Shown piece by piece: positions 62,015-64,000 of a stretch of DNA of 64,000 bases. The position numbers were made by a program, and so were the translations under genes. Below the pieces are notes generated by a model. That model searched no databases. It had not been told where the DNA came from and saw only the letters and a program-made list of their open reading frames with translations. This stretch comes from Candidatus Latescibacterota bacterium (lineage in GTDB: Bacteria; Latescibacterota; UBA2968; GCA-2709665): positions 64,001 to 128,000 of the forward strand of contig CAXXJS010000028.1 of assembly GCA_963662665.2 (NCBI GenBank), read 5' to 3'. The stretch's first letter is position 1; every line of letters begins with the position of its first letter.

Positions 62015-62230
62015 CCGCAGTAGATCCTTCGTCAGCCGTTCGGCTTCCTCAGGATGACAGATTCTACCGACACTTGACCGACAGACTTCGCCAATGGTTA
62101 TAGCAAAGCATGTCATTCTGAGCGTAGCGAAGAATCTCCCGTCTTCTCGATTGGACGTGGGGCGGAAGCCTTCATCAGCCCATATGCGCGGACGCTTCCT
62201 CAGCTATGCGACTTCCTGAGGACGACAGTG
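62015..62230. repeat. Palindromic repeat block 5 (short)
   Basis: AGATCCTTCGTCAGCC..CTCAGGATGACA and core motif at 62111. Confidence 0.85.
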
Positions 62231-62396
62231 GCGGGCAGGTGGCAGCAACCGTCAGGTCGCCGGAGCAGTCCATGCGTGATATTTCTCATTCCATGAACCA
62301 TCGGCGCGACGTATCTTGAAACACTCCGAATCCGACCATTAATTCAAGAACAGGAAAAGCGGTCATAACGGACCGCTTTTTCCGTGCGAGTGCAAA

Positions 62397-63557
62397 ATGT
62401 CCGATAAGCGCCAGGAAGAACGATTCCAGACAACCGACGTGATGATGCTGTCCGGCGGGCACGCCGTGCACGATACGTACAGCGGATTCCTGGCGCCCTT
62501 GTTGCCGGTCTTTATCCAGACCCTGTCTCTATCCAAGACCGAAGCCGGCATGTTGATGGTCGTAAGGCAGGCGCCGTCTGTCTTTCAGCCGATTGTCGGA
62601 CTTCGCGCGGACCGCTCGAATCTGCGCGCCCTCGTCATTCTCGGACCCGCCGTCACGGGTATCGCGATGAGTCTGCTCGGCGTGGCTGGAGGGTACGCAA
62701 CTCTCGTAGCCCTCCTGGTAATCGTCGGCTTCAGTTCGGCGGCCTTTCACGCGGTTGGACCGGCGATGGCCGGAACGCTCTCGGGCCCGAATCTGGGGCG
62801 CGGCATGGGCATCTGGATGCTGTGCGGTGAGCTCGGCCGCACGATGGGGCCGATTCTGATTGTGAGCGTCATCGGCCTGTGGGGTGTGGCCGGTACAGCC
62901 TATCTGATCCCCGTGGGCCTTGTGGCGTCGCTCGTCCTGTTGCTGCGCATGCGGTCCGTTGCGGCGCAGTCGTTTTCATTCTACAAAGCGCTGCCGTGGC
63001 GATCCGCGCTGAAACGCATGGCCCCGGTTATGGTACCGCTGTCCGGCATCGTGTTCGTCCGCGCGTTTACAATGGCGTCGCTCACGGCATTTCTGCCCAC
63101 GTTCCTGAGCGAAGAGGGCGTGAGCCTGTGGCTGGCAGGAGCGTCGCTTTCCGTGCTGGAAGGCGCGGGCATCGCGGGGGCGCTGATCGGCGGATGGGCG
63201 AGCGACCGGTTGGGGCGCAAGCAGGTACTCGGTTTTTCAATGATTGGGACCCCCATTCTACTATTCGTCTTCCTCGACAGCCAGGGCTGGGTTCTGTTTC
63301 CGGTCCTGGTTGTGCTGGGCTTTGTCGCGCTTGCGACAGGTCCCGTTGTCATGGCGATGGTGCAGGAAAGCTGCCCGGAAAACCGGGCATTCGCCAACGG
63401 GATCTATATGGGCGGGGGATTCGCGCTTCGGGGACTGGCGATGCTGCTGCTGGGAATGATGGGCGACGCCTATGGCCTGCGGAGGGCATTCGAAGTCAGC
63501 GCGGTTTTGATGTTTATTGGCGTCGCGCTGGTATTGAAAATACCGGAGAAGCGGTAG
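62397..63557 (+). CDS. MFS transporter (Fsr-like)
   Basis: GHAVHDTY..FLAPLLP, QP.VG..ADR, AAFH, GGWASDRLGRK; about 12 TM segments. Confidence 0.88.
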   Translation: MSDKRQEERFQTTDVMMLSGGHAVHDTYSGFLAPLLPVFIQTLSLSKTEAGMLMVVRQAPSVFQPIVGLRADRSNLRALVILGPAVTGIAMSLLGVAGGYATLVALLVIVGFSSAAFHAVGPAMAGTLSGPNLGRGMGIWMLCGELGRTMGPILIVSVIGLWGVAGTAYLIPVGLVASLVLLLRMRSVAAQSFSFYKALPWRSALKRMAPVMVPLSGIVFVRAFTMASLTAFLPTFLSEEGVSLWLAGASLSVLEGAGIAGALIGGWASDRLGRKQVLGFSMIGTPILLFVFLDSQGWVLFPVLVVLGFVALATGPVVMAMVQESCPENRAFANGIYMGGGFALRGLAMLLLGMMGDAYGLRRAFEVSAVLMFIGVALVLKIPEKR

Positions 63558-63562
63558 GACAA

Positions 63563-63688
63563 GAGATCCGACCGTAGCGCGAACTGTTAGTTCGCGGGCA
63601 ATACATACGTTCGCGCTGCGAAAATTCAGCGGGCAGCCAAGCGCGGTGCGAGCTGAGATCCGACCGTAACGCGAACTGTTGGTCCGCA
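63563..63688. repeat. Two direct copies of a 34-bp palindrome-containing unit
   Basis: GAGATCCGACCGTARCGCGAACTGTTRGTYCGC at 63563 and 63655. Confidence 0.7.
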
Positions 63689-63783
63689 GGTAGATATCAC
63701 AAGAATACCGGTGTTGATGCAATTCCACAATTGCCTGTGATTTGGCGCTAGCCACGCAATTCCGTCAACCACATTGCCTGAAG

Positions 63784-63999
63784 TTACACCGCAATGCCAA
63801 CTCGCAGCGAAGCATCATAGCCACCCGTCCCGGCATTGACATTCACTTTTACCAGCTGGTATTGGAGTGTATTGGCTGGCGAACGAAAAAGGCCATCGTC
63901 GGTGTTTTTCGTGGGATTCTGTCCATGAGCAGAATAATCCGCTGTATTGAACACAGCCGTATTGAATTCTTCGGGAAAAGCCAACTGTGATGTTGCCCT
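63784..63999 (-). CDS. Intradiol ring-cleavage dioxygenase-like protein, C-terminal part (truncated by window)
   Basis: ATSQLAFPEE.N.AV...HGQNPT.N..D.LF...GY.A.L.VGIAV. Confidence 0.6.
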   Translation of the reverse strand, partial: RATSQLAFPEEFNTAVFNTADYSAHGQNPTKNTDDGLFRSPANTLQYQLVKVNVNAGTGGYDASLRVGIAV

Positions 64000-64000
64000 C

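Noticed and set aside
50430-62230. CRISPR array, integron or DGR interpretation of the repeats
   Set aside because: Spacers are homologous rather than unique; no cas, intI or RT gene in the window; no clear attC core sites or adenine-specific variation

Overview
Chromosomal origin region of a GC-rich bacterium. Gene content (cytoplasmic heparinase II/III-like, CocE/NonD, Gfo/Idh/MocA and BNR proteins) suggests a Latescibacterota/FCB-like lineage, but this is inference. Left part: mcm/mce, then divergent rsmG-mnmE-yidC-rnpA-rpmH and dnaA-oriC-dnaN-recF-DUF721-gyrB-gyrA, with a parS site. Middle: hom, tRNA-Asp, mfd, surA, housekeeping genes, a CtpA protease and an ATP-grasp/larE/def/PHP/pncB/moaD/moaE run. 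Right part: glycan and ester catabolism genes, and a sigma-54 two-component pair divergent from three ~800-aa ABC permeases interleaved with composite palindromic repeats. Main discoveries: (1) a 756-nt ORF-less group II intron inserted into one copy of a 193-bp TIR-bounded MITE-like family, with EBS1 matching the sequence at the element's terminal repeat; (2) a GyrA C-gate-like helical segment inserted in the CtpA protease; (3) a cassette-like array of mosaic ABC permeases with near-identical ends separated by repeat blocks; (4) an unassigned structured RNA with a competing terminator; (5) an NrdR-like box at dnaA/rpmH. All calls were made by eye; no searches were run.
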